64,000 bases of DNA, taken from the NCBI RefSeq assembly GCF_009914755.1, contig NC_060925.1, one strand, 5' to 3'. The notes under the pieces are model-generated. The model was given only the letters and a program-made list of their open reading frames with translations. It was not told where the DNA came from and did not search any database. The position numbers were made by a program, and so were the translations under genes. Within the stretch, counting starts at the first letter, position 1. Every line of letters starts with the position of its first letter. Below are positions 12,654 through 24,614 of the stretch, piece after piece. Source of the stretch: the human T2T-CHM13v2.0 reference genome, Homo sapiens.

Positions 12654-13204
12654 GCAGACAGACAGGCAGACACACAGGCAGGCGGACAGACAGGAAGATA
12701 GGCAGGCAAACAGACAGGAAGACAGACAGGCAGGCAGACAGACAGGCAGGCGGACAGACAGGAAGACAGACAGGCAGGCGGACAGACAGGCAGACAGACA
12801 GACAGGCAAACAGGCAGGAAGGCAGACAGACAGGTAGATGGACAGATGGATGGACAGACAGGCAGACAGACAGGCAGGGCAGACAAGCAGGAAGGAAGAT
12901 AGGCAGGTGGACAGACAGATGGACAGACAGGCAGGCAGACAGGCAGACAGACAGGCAGGGCAGACAGGCAGGAAGGCAGATAGATAGATAGGTAGGCAGA
13001 CAGACAGATGGACAGACAGGCAGACAGACAGGCAGGGCAGACAGGCAAGAAGGCAGACAGACAGGCAGGTGGACAGACAGATGGACAGACAGGCAGGCAG
13101 ACAGACAGGCAGACAGACAAGCAGATGGACAGGCAGGAAGGCAGATAGACAGACTGGCAAGCAGGCAGACTGGCAGGCAGACAGACAGTCAGGCAGGCAG
13201 ACAG
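12654..13204. repeat. Complex interrupted (CAGA)n/(CAGG)n tetranucleotide repeat, PRDM16 intron 12
   Basis: ~550 nt of cagacagacaggcaggcagaca units with gatg/gata/gaag interruptions. Confidence 0.95.
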
Positions 13205-15857
13205 ATTGGGCTGCCTCAACATGCCAGAGGGGCACATGGCCCCAGCTGGGTGGGAAGCCTCTGGCTGGGCAGAGCCTGAATGCTCAGACTGGCAGGTGCT
13301 TTGCATCCGGGCTGGAGACGCAGAGTCCAGTGTGTCCTTTCTCAGCAGTCAGTCAGCCTCAAAAGCATGGCGGTCCCAGGGCCAGGCACCACCATTCCAG
13401 TCTAAGGATGTGTCAGGGTGGGGGATGTGAGAAAATGCATTGGAGGGTGTAAAATCCCTCCTTTCTGGGAGATTGTGTGGGACACGTCGGGTAGGGGGGC
13501 ACCCAAGCATCTCCAACCCTGCTGCCGAAAGGGCTCCATCCTCGGCCTTATTCTTGTGTGAGTTCACAGGCCGAGTCAAACAAAACTGCAGCTCCGCCCA
13601 GGGCAGGCTTTGTGGATGGCCAGTCCAAGCCAGGGCGCTGCCTGTCACTGGGCTGTGGGAGGAGACGCTGGGACCCGGGTGCCCGGAGGCAGCTCAGCTG
13701 ACCCGGGCAGGAGCAGGGGCTCCCAGAGAAGAAGCCCACAGGCCAGGCCCCTGGGATCAGGAGCAGAGAAGGCTGAGGGTCACTTCGGGGAGCTCAGGGA
13801 CTTCGATCACCAATGCTTCTTTTCCTGTCTACTGTTGAAGAGGCCAGAGTGAGCCTGGCCTCCGGCAAAGGTTGGAAGGTTCAGGAATTGAGTGGATGAA
13901 GCCTTAGGGCAGCACCAGGGAAGTTTGCTGGGACGAAGTGGGATGGGGATATGCCTCGGCCAGGCGTGGGAGAGGAGTGCCCTTCTCCCAGGACTGCCTC
14001 CCGTTCTCTAGGGGACCCATTTTCAGACTTGCTAGGTTTTACCAGGCAGCCTGGGGAGTTGGGGGAGACTCGCAGGCTCTGAGATTCCAAGGACAGTTTC
14101 TCACGGCCGCAGCCCCTGCACGTGGGGAATGCTGAGCTCCTGGGCCCGGCAGCAGCACCCGGAAGGTGTGGGACTGAAGCTTCCTGCCTTGGGGAGGCCC
14201 CTGCGGGTGTGTTGATGGCAGGTCAGACTCCCTCGCCAGGCTTTTGTGATAGCAAACACCAGCCCAGGCCCCTCCTGTACAGGGCAGCACCGTGCCGAGA
14301 AGGCCGAGCCACACAGCCCCTCCCGGTCTGGGAGGCCAGGACTCCCGAGTGTCGCCAGGCACGTCCCCATCCATGTGACAAGGGCATGTGACCAGTATGC
14401 TGCTCTGGAGCGGGCCACCGGCACCGGTCGGGGCGGGGTGGGGCCTCTCGGAGTCCTGTCCTCTGTGGGAACGAAGGCCACTGTGCTTAGAACAGCCACA
14501 CCCACTTCGGGTGAACAAACCCTGCCCCATCCTGGTGCCTCCACAGAGGCTCCCACAGAGGCCCTGGCCTGGTCTCCAGCTGCTGCCAGGCCCCCCCGGC
14601 CAGGATCCTGCTGCAGTGGGTAGACTTTCTGTGTGCTGTGCCATGGGCATCATGGAGCTTGCTTTGTTTTCAAAATATGAAAACGCATGATCATATAAAC
14701 AGAATGTTCAAGTGCGTGTGTGCCTGTGGGATCAGATGAGCACCGCTGCGGGCGTTCTGATGACCAAGAGCACACACAAGTGTGCACACACAGGCATGGC
14801 ACACACGCACATGCCAAGCACCCACGTGCAACTGAAAACCATGCAGTCAGGGTTCCCTTCACCGTCGCCCAGCCCAGCCGGGTGCCTCTCAGTAAGCCAG
14901 TCCCGGCCCCCCGCCGGATGCCCCCCAGGGAGGAGGCTGTCTTCACAGAGGCAGCGCACGTGCATCTACAGAGCTCATGGGGTTCCTCCTTAGCTCGTCC
15001 CCAGCTCCCCCTCTTCGTTTCAGGCATGATTTTCTTGCTGCTCAATGCACATGTCGCTCAGGCCCCCTAGTTCTCAGCCCCGCTCTCTAAAAATGGGAGA
15101 GAACAACCCTCCCTTTCCCTGCCTGCAGGGTCACCACGTGTGGCTGTGAAGGTCACTCCCAGCCCAAGGGCCCCACACTGAGGGGAACCCTCCACACGCA
15201 GCCCTCCTCGATCGCTCATTATGACGACTTTCCAGCCGCAAGGGGCCTTGCTCTGATAAACTCAGGGTGTTAGAGTCCTGCTCTGCCTGATGCCGTGGAG
15301 GCCAGATGGAGGAAGGGGGTCTCATCCCAACTTCCCCACGTGCACGGTGCAGGCCGGCAGCAGCCCTGCCCACCCTGGGGGAATAAAGATAAACCGAGCC
15401 CGGGAGCTGGCAGTGCCCAAAGGGGCCAGTGTGGTCTTTGTGTCCTTAATAGAGGAGGCAGCCAACAAGTGGCAACATCCAGGGCAGCCCCCAAGCCCTC
15501 CATGAATGGACTGGCAAACTGAGGCTCCAAGTGAGGTGGGGCCTGCCCAGGGGCCCCCAGCCACCTCGAGGGGTGGAGGAGGAAGGTCACAGGGAGCTGG
15601 TCTGGGAGCTGGTCTGTGGAGCCCCTCCGGCTGGGAAACTGGCCTTGCCGAGTGTCTTTCCATGGAGCAAGGCCGCCCTCTGGAGGCTGCAAGGAGCATG
15701 TCGCCCTCCGGCTGCAGACCTGCCGGCCCCGCGGCCTGGGGGCCAGGGAGACCCAGACAACAGAGGGCAGGAGACGCTGGAGGGTCGGGCGCACCGCCTG
15801 CCCAGGGGACACGGGGCACACTCCAGGGGGATCCACCAGCCAGCCACAGAACAGTAG

Positions 15858-16708
<851 letters not shown>

Positions 16709-16853
16709 TAAAGAGAACCTCGTGCTCTCCGGTGTCCCTAAGAAACCTGCCTCCCTAACAGCACCCCAAGTGTACCCCGTTCGCGGTTGGTTTGCCCCAC
16801 GGAGGGAGGGGTCCAGCGAGAGGCCGCCCCCTGATGCTCCCGCCCCTCCGCAG

Positions 16854-17028
16854 TGAGCCAGCACCCCGGGGTCCTCACGAACCACCTGGGGACCAGCGCG
16901 TCCTCTCCCACCTCAGAGTCGGACAACCACGCACTTTTAGACGAGAAAGAAGACTCTTATTTCTCGGAAATCAGAAACTTTATTGCCAATAGTGAGATGA
17001 ACCAAGCATCAACGCGAACAGAGAAACG
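16854..17028 (+). CDS. PRDM16: PRDM16 exon 14
   Basis: ccgcag|TG acceptor, CG|gtaaga donor; VSQHPGVLTNHLG...EKEDSYFSEIRNFIANSEMNQASTRTEK. Confidence 0.96.
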
Positions 17029-17404
17029 GTAAGAAAACTATCGCGGGCTGGGGAAAGTCTGGACCCGGCCAACAGCCCTGCGTGGCCACCCTCAGAGGAC
17101 ATGCACCTCCACCCCAGCACCAGCCCCTAACACATCCAGATAGGCGCAGTGGGGGCCTCACCACAGAGGGTGAGGCCCCTGGGCTCTGGGAACCTGGGGA
17201 AGCTGCGCTGTCTGCCTCAGTTCCTCCACCTGGAGAGTCATGAGAGTAAGCACCCCTGGGCTTATGACCTCACTGTTAACATATGTGTGTGCAAAACACT
17301 AGCCAGGTGACCGAGCCGGGCACAAGTTCAGCTGTGCCGCTGACACTCAAGGACATTTTGATTTAATCTGAGGCACTAAAGATTTCCAAACCAAAATGCT
17401 GCAC

Positions 17405-17925
17405 CTTTATACACACATGTACACACATACACATGTGTACACATGCACGCACACACATGCACACATAGGTATGCCCCGTGTACATGTACACATTCACATG
17501 CACATATGCACACAGAGATGCACGTTTGTATACATGTGTATACATATGCCATTGATGAATCCTCACTTGTTCCTCACCTGGCCTTGCTCTGGGATCTGCA
17601 GTTTAGGGGATCGTGCCTGGGGACAGGGCAGGACGTGCCTGGGGACAGGGCTGTGGTCTGGGCATGGGCAGTCCAGGAACTGTGTGCTCTGCCCTTTGCG
17701 TGCAGGTCCCCAAATACGGGCATGCACGTGCACACATGCACACACGTGTACATAACATGTGCGTGCATAAACATGCCTGCCTAGATCTACACACACGCAT
17801 ATGCACACATGCAAGTACATGCACATGGACAGTGTGTGCACATACACATGCGTGACGGACAGCCGTGTGCGTACACCTAGAGACACATGTACACGCATGG
17901 GCGCACGTGCGTCTAGACACACAGC
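17405..17925. repeat. Two CA/TA-rich low-complexity tracts (17405-17546, 17720-17925)
   Basis: acacatgtacacacatac-type degenerate repeats flanking a unique ~170-nt segment. Confidence 0.8.
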
Positions 17926-18950
17926 AGCAGAACGATGGTGGAATTCGGATCCAGGAATGTCGGCGCATGCTCTGTGCAACCTGGGATACCAGGGCTCCGT
18001 AGGCCTCACTTACTCTGGGGGAGCCTTCAGACACCCCAGCGGGGCTGCTTCCTTTGTGAAAGCTAACACCAGCCAGCTGGCAGAGAACCGAAGGTGTTCC
18101 AAACTCCAAGAGGCCTGAGGGGGTGATCCCCTGATTCTACAGAAGGGAAAACGGGGCCCACAGAAGTGGGGTGTCTTGCTCAGGCCCAGAACCTAGAGCC
18201 AGATCCCAAGCTTTTACCGCACTGGCCATGGGCGGTCTAAGGCTCTGTACCCACAGGGCCCAGCTCACTCCCCACCACCTCCAGTAGGTGAAGAAGAAGC
18301 CCCCTGAGACCCCAGCTCCCTCAGAGCCCATCCCCTCCTCCAGGGCAGGGCTGCGTCTTCCTGTCTTTGCTTCTAGGAGAGTGGGGGTACCTGGGAAAGA
18401 GGCATCCAAGCAATAAACACAGGAGGCAGTTGGACACTGGCTCTGGCAAAGCCGCGTTCCAAATCTGTGCCCCTCCTAGGAAGGTGAGCTCACCTGTAGG
18501 GCCCTCAGCATCTTCATCCATCAGAGCCCAGAGCGGGCTCAGAGGAAGGGGCGGGGGGAGAAGCTGGCTCTGGGCCGTGGTCCCAAAAGCCTCACCTCCA
18601 CCCCAGTGCAACCCCACCTACTCTGCAGCCCCCAGGCTGTCCCGGCATTCCCCAGTGGGCTCCAGGAACGATGGCCTGAAAGGAACTCTGCCCTGGCCAC
18701 GCTGAGACAGCCGCATGGGAGCTGTTCGTGTTCCCTGCAGCTGCGTGTCAGACCCATGAGCGCCACAGGCCAGGCCTTACCTACGCCCCACAGCCCCGTC
18801 CCCAGGCACAATCCCCTAAGCTGCAGCTCCCAGAGTAAGGCCAGGCGAGGAACAAGTGAGGATTCATCAATGGCATCCTTGCCGGGGTGGGCCCAGGACC
18901 AGGAGCGTGTGCGGAGGCTGAACCACCTGGAGGACAGCAAGGCCCCCCTA

Positions 18951-19143
18951 CCCCGAGCTAGGGTGCAGCCCGGCCGCACTGCAGGAGACCCACCAGGACC
19001 CCGAGCTAGGGTGCAGCCCGGCCGCACTGCAGGAGACCCACCAGGACCCCGAGCTAGGGTGCAGCCCGGCCGCGCTGCAGGAGACCCACCAGGACCCCGA
19101 GCTAGGGTGCAGCCCGGCCGCACTGCAGGAGACCCACCAGGAC
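18951..19143. repeat. 48-bp VNTR, 4 copies, PRDM16 intron 14
   Basis: ccccgagctagggtgcagcccggccgcactgcaggagacccaccagga x4, one substitution in copy 3. Confidence 0.97.
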
Positions 19144-19539
19144 AGAAGGCTGTCTCTAAGAGAAAGAGATGTGGCCGGGCCTCCCCCTCGCCTATGGCAA
19201 GGCCCACAGTGCCCTGCTTCTCACAGCCCTAGGGGTGGGGACGAGGGAGGCTCTCCACACCTCAGAACATACGGGCACAGCCGGCCTCAGACGGACTCAG
19301 ACTCAGGCCCTCGGAAGACCCGTCCTGCTGAGGCAAGGTCCCCGGGTCCAGCTGGCCTGGTCCTGAGAGCCCCTGCGTCACTGACGAAAATGAGAACAGG
19401 GCAAGGTGGACATAGGCAGCCAGTCCCTGGGGTGGCGGGAACGTTCCCTGGGCCTCCTGCAGAACCAGCTCCTGCCCTCCGCCATCAGGAAGGATCCAGT
19501 TCTGTCAGGAGTCCTGGTCCTGCAGCCCCGTGAACCCCT

Positions 19540-20071
19540 GAGTTGAATCATGTCCCTCAGCATTCCCAGGTGGAAGTCCCAGCCCCCGGTACCTCAGAAT
19601 GGGACTCTCTTAGGAGATAAGGTCTTTAAGGAGGGATTAAGCAGAGGCCACACTGGGTAGAGTGGGCCCCAATCCAGCGGCACTGACGGCCTCTTAAAAA
19701 GGGGGCACTTGGAGAAAATCACGCAGGGGAGAAGGCCAAGGGAAAATGGAGACAGAGGTCAGGGTGATGCGCCTCCCAGCCAAGGGTCACCTAAGAGGGA
19801 CAAAGGTCACCAAGGATGGCCAAGGAGGGCCAAGGGTCACATAGGAGGGCCGAAGAGTGCCAAGGTTTGCCAAGGATGGCCAAAGAGGGCCGGCAGCAGC
19901 GGGAGCTGGAGAGAGACCAGGGACAGATTCTCCCCCAGAGTCTTGGAAGGAACCCGGCCTGCCCTCGCCTGGATCTTGGACTTCTGGCCTCAGAGCTGTG
20001 AAAGCGTCCACGGCTGTTGCTTCAGGCCCCCATTCTGTGGGGCTTGGTTTGGGCAGCTCTGGGAAACTGAC
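19540..20071 (+). mobile_element. MaLR solo LTR (MLT1-like)
   Basis: gttgaatcatgtccc...acctcagaatgggact...ggtctttaag...gacagattctcccccagag...ttggacttctggcctcagagctgtg...gcagctctgggaaactga typical of MLT1 LTRs. Confidence 0.75.
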
Positions 20072-21674
20072 TGTCCTCCCTGTTGGAGCCAAACCAGCCA
20101 CTGGGCCCTATTCTGTGTCCGTGCCGGATGCTCCGCTCCCCAACACTAAAAAGCAAATACTCTGTGCATGGGGGGTGTGCAGCAGACATAAAGAGGGCAA
20201 AGTCCCTGCCCCCAGCTGGTGGGAAGCCCATGCAAACCCACGTGGGGCCACCAGATGAGATCTCACAGCACATGCCCATGTGATGAGCCTGGGCTCTCAC
20301 CCTGCGCCATCTCATCCCGTCCTCAGAGTGGACAGGGAGGGGTATGTCCTCGTGTCATCGAGAGGGCACAGGCCCCAAAGACAGAACCCCACCCGAGGGC
20401 ACCTCACCAACAACCAGGGTGAGAACCAGGACCCGGATCCCAGCAGCTCCGTGGCTGAGGAGATGGGTGTGTGTACAGGACGCTCTTGGCCCCCAACACA
20501 GGCGACCAGGACCGAGGAACTCTCCTCAAGCCCTGAAACCTGGTGAGGTTCTGTCCGTCCTGGAAGGCAGAAAGACAAGAGATAGACACGTGGCCCATCT
20601 GTGGAGAGCCAGGAAATTGTGGCCTCCCCAAGCCCAGTTCCCGTGCACACAGGCGAGTCCGAGACACGGAGGTCGGTCGCCGTGAGACGCTGTCACTTTC
20701 TTGCTTGGATGCCAAGAGCAGGACCCCTGCATCTCACCCACACCGTGGATACCTCCCAGGGCAGCGGGAGGCAGTGCCCCCGGGCGGAGTGAGGACAAGG
20801 AAGAGTGGCCCTGGGGCTCTGGGCATGGGCAGTCCAGAAACTGCGTGCCCTGCCCTTTGCTTGGGCCCCTCTACCAGTATGTCCAGCATGTGCCCGGGGG
20901 CCCTCAGCTCCCCTGGGGCCCAGCCCACCCAAGACACAGCTCTTGGTCGTGAACATGAAGATGAGCCAAACTCTAGTGGCTCTTCCTGAAAGAAATGAGA
21001 ATGCCCAGCCACACCCATGCACGCTTTGTTCTTTTTTATTTAATACTGAGGAACCGGAGTGGAGGGGTCCTGCCGGGCTGCAGTGACCCTGAGGGAAGTC
21101 AGGAGAGCCCTGGGCTGCAGAAGAGTCCCCCCACAGGCTCCGAAGCAAGCTTGTCCTGGTGCATTCAGACTGCTCACAGCAGGCTTTGGGCCCTCACTCT
21201 CCAGATCCCAGAGAGCCCTCCAGGGCTCCCGGCTCTCGGGCCAGTGCCCACGTCCTCGAGTTGTCAGCCTGAATTCCTTCCCCCTGAAGTCTGCCCTGAG
21301 GGTGCCCCTCGTGCACTGCCCAACCCCCGTGCCAGTGCAGGTCCAGCTTCCCCACAGGACTGCCCACTGCTTCCACCCCAACACCGCCCCGGCCCTGGTG
21401 TCCTCCCGGCCATAGCAGCTTGCTGCTGGGCCTTGCCCTGCCCCCACCGCCCCGAGCGCTTGCCCTCCTCTCCCGGGATCGCCCCCAGGCCTCCGTGCCT
21501 CTCACTCTGCAGAGTCAGTGGCTGGGCCCAGGGACCCGCGGGAGCTCCCTCAGGAAGGGGGCTGAGTGTTGTCGGGGGAGGCAGTGGGGGCAGAGCGGAG
21601 TCACCAGCCTTTGGGGGTCCATGGGAAGGACAGAGACACCCAAACTCAGTCAATCTCCTCCTGCATCATTTCAG

Positions 21675-21911
21675 GGCGGACATGCAGATCGTGGACGGCA
21701 GTGCCCAGTGTCCAGGCCTAGCCAGTGAGAAGCAGGAGGACGTGGAGGAGGAGGACGACGATGACCTGGAGGAGGACGATGAGGACAGCCTGGCCGGGAA
21801 GTCGCAGGATGACACCGTGTCCCCCGCACCCGAGCCCCAGGCCGCCTACGAGGATGAGGAGGATGAGGAGCCAGCCGCCTCCCTGGCCGTGGGCTTTGAC
21901 CACACCCGAAG
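21675..21911 (+). CDS. PRDM16: PRDM16 exon 15 (acidic domain)
   Basis: tttcag|G acceptor, AG|gtgggg donor; ADMQIVDG...EDVEEEDDDDLEEDDEDSLAG...GFDHTR. Confidence 0.96.
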
Positions 21912-22768
21912 GTGGGGGCAGCCGTGTGCTCCAGGATGGGGCAGGGAGGGAACGTGGGCGTCCATCACGAGGGGGACCTCCCTCTTCAGCCACTCGTGAG
22001 CCCATCCCTGGCTCAGCCCCTACTCCAGCACAGCCACCTCAGGGCCTCCACACACAGGCCAGGGCAAGGCTGGGCCAGGGGCAACGGGGTCAGGGGCCCT
22101 TAACCCCCCCACCCACCCCCAGGGGCCCTGGAGGCTGGAAGCAGAGTGTGGAGGGGAAGGCATTTCCCTGCACTGAGCAGACATGGAGGCCCCCGGCCCT
22201 GCAGCAGAGCTGCCTGTCAGCCTGGGACAGCGCGTGCAGCCACTAGAGGGCCGTGGGCACACGGGGGCCAAGCACCCACCATTCTGTGCCGGCCAGGGCC
22301 ACTTCCCCATGTCCTCAGTGTTCGCCACCAATATCGGGCCTGGGCGACACTGCCAGCATTCCCAGATGCCCTTGGGGAGGCCCTTCGGAGGTGGCACTTC
22401 CTCTCCAGCCTGGATGCTGCCCCTGAGTCCTGGGAGAGGGAGCCCCGGGCCTCTCTGAGCTGCCTGGGGTCTTAGAGAATTGAAGCCTTCTTCTCCACCC
22501 TCCACTGGCAAGACCTGAGCCCCCTGCCTGCTGCCTGATGCGTGTGCACGCACTCACCCCCTCCCTGACCTCTGTCCGTCACTCTCCTGCATCCGTGTGC
22601 CTTCCCGTCCAGGCGTCTGTGTGTCCGTGTGTCTGTCTCCCTGTGCATGTGGCTGGCAGAGATGCAGCGGCGTGCATGCAGGCCCGGAGCTGGGCTTGCA
22701 GCATCAGAGAGGCGGCCAAGGCCAGGCTGCTGACAGCAGGCCTTCCCTCTCCCCGGTCATTGGTGCAG

Positions 22769-22943
22769 GTGTGCTGAGGACCACGAAGGCGGTCTGTTAG
22801 CTTTGGAGCCGATGCCGACTTTTGGGAAGGGGCTGGACCTCCGCAGAGCAGCTGAGGAAGCATTTGAAGTTAAAGATGTGCTTAATTCCACCTTAGATTC
22901 TGAGGCTTTAAAACATACACTGTGCAGGCAGGCTAAGAACCAG
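22769..22943 (+). CDS. PRDM16: PRDM16 exon 16
   Basis: gtgcag|G acceptor, CAG|gtaggt donor; CAEDHEGGLLALEPMPTFGKGLDLRRAAEEAFEVKDV...RQAKNQ. Confidence 0.96.
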
Positions 22944-24222
22944 GTAGGTACCCGCCAGAGCCCCTCCCCCACCCCACCTGGCCTCCTCAGCCAGAGGACA
23001 GCCAGCACTCCTCTCCCGCCGTGGCCCTCCTAGGCCTGAGGAAGCTCTGGTCACGCAAACGCCCCCACGCTGCATCCTCCAGAGAGGCCCCAGCGACCAC
23101 CGCCCTCCCGCAAGCTGGGGCGCAGCAGGGAGGGGCTGAGAGCCGATGACCCTGGCAGGACCCTCACGAGGGAGCTCACTCATGGACACGGGCAGCTCAC
23201 CTTCCTGTGGTCCTCAGTGGGAAAGGTCTGTGAGCAGGTTTCTGGCCCGCCCAGCCGCCTTCGTCTCCCTCCCTCTCTGATCTGGGCCCCAGTGGCCTGC
23301 AGCCCGGGCTTTTCCCAGGGGAAGAGCTGTCCAGCCGGGCAGTCTCTGCTTCCCAGCTGGAGCAATGAGGTCAGCGAGGGTGCCAGGGTTTTGGCCCCAG
23401 GCGCTTCTCGGCTTCTCTCCTCAGGGTAGGTGGCCCCAGGGCCCTGCTCCCGCATTTCTCTCCAGTCTGTAGGGACTCAGGGTCTCATTCAGCACTCTAC
23501 AGCCCTCCCAGAGGGAACAGGCCCGCCCCAGGTCTCAGCAAAAGCCGTCTGCGTGTCTGTCTTTGTCTTTTTACTAATTCTGTCTGGAGTGTTAACTCGG
23601 GTAGGACAGTGCTGGGCTTCCCCACCTTCCCTGCCCTTAACCCACACACGATGCTCCCCAGGTCCCATCCCCACCTGCCCTGTGCTGGGGGCAGAAGGAT
23701 GTCCCATGAACTAACGCCTGGAAACACATCTGTACTTCCTAAGAATCCCATCGGCCCAGAAACGCTGCACATCCCTGTCCCACAGGCAGCTCTTTGGTGT
23801 CCCCACGGTCACCAAAACAGACATCCCCTGGCAGGGGTGGCTCTTGTTGACCCCCAGTTCCCAGGGCCGTCCCAGACCAGACACGTGTCTGTAGTTTCTG
23901 CTGATCACCAGGTGGAGGAAACAGGGGGAAGGGGTGGGAAGGAGAGGAGGCTTCGAGGGGGAGCACCCCAAAGCAGCCAAGGGAGCTGGTGTGCACAGGA
24001 GGCCCTGCACCAGCACCCCAATGTCCTGGCATCACTCGGAGCAGGGGGCGGCCCTCGTCCCTCCCGCCGTCACGCCTGCTCATGTCTTCCTCTTCCAGGC
24101 TGCGGGGAGAATCCGGGTCTTAGTCCCTCTTGTTCCTTCTGCCCCCTGTGGCCCAGGGCAAGGTTGAGCCAGGCCAGGGCCACGGGAGGCTGGGAACGGA
24201 CGAGGCTTGGCCCTGCTGGCCG

Positions 24223-24451
24223 GGGATGGCCTGTCCTGCCCACACACTCACCTGCCTGTCCAGGATGGCCTGCCCTGCCCATCTGCTGCCTGTCTGGGAT
24301 GGCCCGCCCTGCCCACGCGCTCACCTGCCTGTCTGGGATGGCCCGCCCTGCCCACGCGCTCACCTGCCTGTCCGGGATGGCCCGCCCTGCCCACGCGCTC
24401 ACCTGCCTGTCCGGGATGGCCCGCCCTGCCCACGCGCTCACCTGCCTGTCC
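24223..24451. repeat. 39-bp VNTR (~6 copies) at the 3' end of PRDM16 intron 16
   Basis: gggatggcccgccctgcccacgcgctcacctgcctgtc(c/t) at 24296, 24335, 24374, 24413 plus two degenerate upstream copies. Confidence 0.95.
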
Positions 24452-24479
24452 TGTGTGTGTGTCATCCCCTCCCCGCCAG

Positions 24480-24614
24480 GCATATGCAATGATGCTGTCC
24501 CTTTCCGAAGACACTCCTCTCCACACCCCCTCCCAGGGTTCTCTGGACGCTTGGTTGAAGGTCACTGGAGCCACGTCGGAGTCTGGAGCATTTCACCCCA
24601 TCAACCACCTCTGA
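24480..24614 (+). CDS. PRDM16: PRDM16 exon 17 coding part (alternative acceptor at 24537 removes 19 aa)
   Basis: cgccag|GCA TAT GCA ATG...; AYAMMLSLSEDTPLHTPSQGSLDAWLKVTGATSESGAFHPINHL then TGA 24612-24614. Confidence 0.97.
   Translation, partial: AYAMMLSLSEDTPLHTPSQGSLDAWLKVTGATSESGAFHPINHL

Noticed and set aside
18951-19143. CRISPR-like array (also 24223-24451 and 41221-41395)
   Set aside because: Head-to-tail units with no unique spacers, in human DNA: ordinary VNTRs
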